Shown one piece after another: positions 60,773-64,000 of a DNA stretch of 64,000 nucleotides. Under the pieces are notes generated by a model, which saw nothing but the letters and a program-made list of their open reading frames with translations, searched no databases and was not told the origin of the DNA. The translations under genes and the position numbers were made by a program. The stretch covers positions 3,520,001 to 3,584,000 of the forward strand of contig OZ271918.1 of the NCBI GenBank assembly GCA_965602015.1, in the 5' to 3' direction. Position 1 is the stretch's first letter. Every line of letters starts with the position of its first letter. The stretch comes from Salinispira sp. (lineage in GTDB: Bacteria; Spirochaetota; Spirochaetia; DSM-27196; Salinispiraceae).

Positions 60773-61475
60773 CATTGATGGAAGAGCCGAGTTAGCCGTC
60801 GAGCCGTTTACCGGCCCCCATAGCCGGGAGGGCATGCTTCTTTACGGCTCTTCTGCAGACGATGCGGATAAAGCAGTCATTCTCATCCACGGCAGGGGCG
60901 CAAGCCCCGAGTCAATGATACCCCTCATCGATGAACTGCACCCCGATGCTGCTGATGCAAATATTCTCTACGTACTTCCCGCTGCCAGCGGTTCCCAGTG
61001 GTACCCCCAGCGCTTTATTGCACCGAGAAGCGCCAACGAGCCCGGGCTTTCAAGCGCTTTGGACCTCATCGGCGCGACCGTAAAGGCCCTGGAAGCTCTT
61101 GGGCTGGGCAAGGAGCGCATGTATATTGGCGGGTTTTCCCAGGGCGCGTGCCTCTCGTTGGACTACGCCGCGAGAAATCCAGAGCGCTACGGTGGGGTTT
61201 TTGCGTTGAGCGGAGGACTCATCGGCGACAGCCTAAACACCTTGGATTATGGAATAGGAGAGTCTGCCGCCGCGGGGAACCACATGGAGAATACGCCGGT
61301 TTTCCTCGGCTGTTCAGATGTGGATTTTCATATACCCCTCAGCAGGGTAAAGGAAAGCTCCGCGGTCTTTGAAAAACTCGGCGCAGAGGTAGACGAACGC
61401 ATCTACCCTGGGATGGGGCACACGGTAAACGGCGATGAAATTGCAGCCCTGCAGGCCATGATCCTCGGAGAGTAG
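60747..61475 (+). CDS. Phospholipase/carboxylesterase (MhqD-like)
   Basis: IHGRGA, GFSQGA, D.HIP, YPGMGHTV; start reassigned to MTYRK after GGAGG. Confidence 0.88.
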   Translation: MTYRKSYNDIDGRAELAVEPFTGPHSREGMLLYGSSADDADKAVILIHGRGASPESMIPLIDELHPDAADANILYVLPAASGSQWYPQRFIAPRSANEPGLSSALDLIGATVKALEALGLGKERMYIGGFSQGACLSLDYAARNPERYGGVFALSGGLIGDSLNTLDYGIGESAAAGNHMENTPVFLGCSDVDFHIPLSRVKESSAVFEKLGAEVDERIYPGMGHTVNGDEIAALQAMILGE

Positions 61476-61491
61476 ATGAAGAAGCCTGCGC

Positions 61492-63117
61492 TTAGGAAGC
61501 CACCATCAGATAGGCCCCCAGGGACGTAAAAAAGACCGTCACCCCTATCATGACTGTGGAGAATGACGGTCGGCTTTTGATGAGCTTTACGCGAAATCCA
61601 TCCAATGGGCTTATAATCCTGGTTATAATGGCAGCCACAGCAAGGGTTGCGAGGTATATGATGAGTTTTTCGATAGTAAATGCCCCGGAAACCGAGATGT
61701 CGGAATTAAGCAGGAAGGAAATTATGGGTTCGGCAAGTATTCCGAATACGAAGCTTGCGATTCCCAGAATCATGATAACCGTGGTGGTGAACAGGTCGGG
61801 TTGGCGCACAGTCCTCGACTCGGAGCTTTTCTCGGGTTGCTCCGGTGCGCCAAATAAAATTCTTCCGAATCTGAAGAAGGTGACTGTGGTTCCCACATTG
61901 ACCAGTGCCATGGCCAGATAGAAGGGGCTCAATGAGAGCGAACCCTGAATCAGGTACTTGCTGATGCTGCCGTTGAAGACCGGGGTTCCGATTATCCCCA
62001 GAATACCCATCAACATCGACAGTCCCAACAACGGATATCGCCGGAGCACGCCCCGAATGCGGGCGATTTCCTTGGTTCCGTAGATGTGTATTACCATGCC
62101 CGCCGACAGGAACAACAGCGCTTTTACTATCGCGTGGTTGACGATGTGCAGGATGCTTCCATAAAACTGGGTTTCGCTTCCCAGCGACGCGCCTATAATA
62201 ATGAGGCCGACCTGGGAGATCGTGGAATACGCCAGTACGAGCTTGAGGGTTCTTTGGTTCAACGCCAGGAATACGCCGATTATCGCCGTGGCGAAACCGA
62301 ATACCACGAAATAATCGCCTACAGGCAATGCGCCGGAAAAGAGCGTCATCCAGCGAATCAGAAGGTATACCCCGGCCTTAACCTGCACTCCCGAGAGGGC
62401 GGCGGAAACCATGGAAGGTGCACTCGGCGCGCCGTGGGCCGACGGCAGCCAGGTAAAAAGCAAAAACAGCGCCGCCTTCATCGCGATACCGGTGACGATC
62501 AGGGAGAACGGCAAAATGAGCGCCCGCGGCTGGGCGACGCTTGCCAGAGCCTGGGAAAGCTGTTGGAAATCAAGGGTCCCGAAGGTCCGGTAAACAAATC
62601 CGATTCCCAGCAGCATGAAGCTCATGCTCGCCAGGTTCATCATCAGATATATCATTCCGTCATAAAGGGTCTGCTTATCGTGCTTGAACATAATCAATAT
62701 GCTCACAACCAAGGTGGACAGTTCCAGAAGCACATAGATATTAAACAGATCTCTGGACAGAAACAGGCCAATCATCAGACCTTGAAGGGTCATGAATAGA
62801 AATAAGAAAATCCTGTCCATGTAGAGCTTTCGCCGGTTGTACACAATAAGCAGAAAGAACAGCCAGCCGACCACCGCGGTCATGAGGGAGGACACGATGT
62901 CCGCCGACAAGCCGATTCCCACTCCTGCGGGGAGGGGGCCAAAAATATGTTCGACAGGTCCCAGATTACGCACCCTGACCAGGAGCATAGTGACCAGCAC
63001 AACCTGCCCGGTCTGAATGATGTATAACAAGGAAGCAAAGACCCGTTTTCGGAAAAAATATCCCGCCGCGGCGGCAAAAATGGGGAGAATTACCGGAAGC
63101 CAGAGAAGGGAATTCAT
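61492..63117 (-). CDS. MrpD/MnhD-like antiporter subunit
   Basis: DLFNIYVLLE, WLP.AH..P, K.VLAYSTISQ.G, NHA..KALLF, P.FNG.ISK; start MNSLL with ATGA overlap. Confidence 0.88.
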   Translation of the reverse strand: MNSLLWLPVILPIFAAAAGYFFRKRVFASLLYIIQTGQVVLVTMLLVRVRNLGPVEHIFGPLPAGVGIGLSADIVSSLMTAVVGWLFFLLIVYNRRKLYMDRIFLFLFMTLQGLMIGLFLSRDLFNIYVLLELSTLVVSILIMFKHDKQTLYDGMIYLMMNLASMSFMLLGIGFVYRTFGTLDFQQLSQALASVAQPRALILPFSLIVTGIAMKAALFLLFTWLPSAHGAPSAPSMVSAALSGVQVKAGVYLLIRWMTLFSGALPVGDYFVVFGFATAIIGVFLALNQRTLKLVLAYSTISQVGLIIIGASLGSETQFYGSILHIVNHAIVKALLFLSAGMVIHIYGTKEIARIRGVLRRYPLLGLSMLMGILGIIGTPVFNGSISKYLIQGSLSLSPFYLAMALVNVGTTVTFFRFGRILFGAPEQPEKSSESRTVRQPDLFTTTVIMILGIASFVFGILAEPIISFLLNSDISVSGAFTIEKLIIYLATLAVAAIITRIISPLDGFRVKLIKSRPSFSTVMIGVTVFFTSLGAYLMVAS

Positions 63118-63467
63118 TCGTGGGCCCGCTTGAGCACGGTTTCCCAATCGGCGCTGCCGTATCTGCGGAACAGGGTGATAAACATCGCCAGGCTCACTGC
63201 CGAGACGGCGATGCCGATTACAATTGCGGTTATCATCAGGGCCTGGGGCAGGGGATCGGCCACCGGTGAGCCGTCAAGGGGAAGCACCGGGGGAATCGAA
63301 TCGGGTACATAGTTTACGGTTATGAGAAACAGTATGGCTCCGACATCCATCACGTTGACCGCAATTATGGTCCGGACGATGTTTTTCTGGGTGAGTAATC
63401 CGAGAAGACCGACGAAAAACAGCACGATGCTCACATTTTGAGCGGATATAATCAGGGACAAATCCAT
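63114..63467 (-). CDS. MrpC/MnhC-like subunit
   Basis: DPLPQALMITAIVIG. Confidence 0.9.
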   Translation of the reverse strand: MDLSLIISAQNVSIVLFFVGLLGLLTQKNIVRTIIAVNVMDVGAILFLITVNYVPDSIPPVLPLDGSPVADPLPQALMITAIVIGIAVSAVSLAMFITLFRRYGSADWETVLKRAHE

Positions 63468-64000
63468 TTAAAGAATCTCCTCGTCGAAGCCAAAACGGAA
63501 CACCACGATGGTCAGGCCCAGACACACCTTGATGCCGATCAAAAGGTTCATGAGAATCAGGAAGGCTTCGTTGAGCTGGGGAAATCTGGTATTGAGCTGA
63601 TAGAAAAGAAACGCGACGGCGAAAATAACGATCATAACGAACAGACTCTGCTCGACATCGTGAAGCAGTTCGGCATTGATGTCGTTTACCGGGTCCACGA
63701 TGAAGCGTCCGATAAACAAGGTTGCCAAAATTGCCCCGCCCTGGAACCCGCCGCCGGGAGTATTGTGTCCGTTGAGGATGATATAGAGGCCGAAAAGAAT
63801 AATGACCGGATACAGAAATCCGGTTATTTGAGTGACTATGGCGTTTTCATGGGTTTCGACCGATGATTTCGCCGCTTTTTTCCTGAGCACCCGGGCACCC
63901 CGGCCCATTTCCTCATTGCGGATGCCGATGCGGAAAAAATGAATTATTCCCACTATGGCGATGAGCAGCAGCAACGCTTCGAACAGGGTATCGTAGACCC
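63468..64000 (-). CDS. MrpB/MnhB-like subunit (N-terminus beyond window)
   Basis: YDTLFEA at the window edge; GH.TPGGGFQGG, IGIKV. Confidence 0.87.
   Translation of the reverse strand, partial: VYDTLFEALLLLIAIVGIIHFFRIGIRNEEMGRGARVLRKKAAKSSVETHENAIVTQITGFLYPVIILFGLYIILNGHNTPGGGFQGGAILATLFIGRFIVDPVNDINAELLHDVEQSLFVMIVIFAVAFLFYQLNTRFPQLNEAFLILMNLLIGIKVCLGLTIVVFRFGFDEEIL

Overview
A 64-kb stretch of a GC-rich bacterial chromosome, probably a free-living spirochaete. This is inferred from the '[12 protein letters not shown]'-type MCPs and a small C-terminal-Phe beta-barrel OMP of the BAPKO_0422/DUF3996 kind. From the left it contains: a partial htrA/degP with an OmpR-family two-component pair; a complete B12-dependent methylmalonyl-CoA operon (split mutase, MeaB, epimerase, Na+-pumping decarboxylase mmdADCB); a short S1 paralogue and fabH; a long accessory run (GNATs, hydrolases, transporters, one-component regulators, two decayed GNAT genes); an intact IS256 with 8-bp target duplication; a ring-cleavage dioxygenase unit; and the end of an Mrp/Mnh-like antiporter operon. 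The most striking locus is 53149-56592. It has a TetR gene, a promoter with two TGACACGTGTCA operators, an ~833-aa fusion of a reductive-dehalogenase/QueG-like (cobalamin, 2x[4Fe-4S]) domain to an FprA/adrenodoxin-reductase-type NADPH flavoreductase, and a tightly coupled 7Fe-type ferredoxin. It looks like a self-contained cytoplasmic NADPH-driven B12 reductase. Many genes also appear to be transcribed leaderless. I recognised no rRNA, tRNA or CRISPR array. All family calls come from motif recognition by eye, not from database searches.
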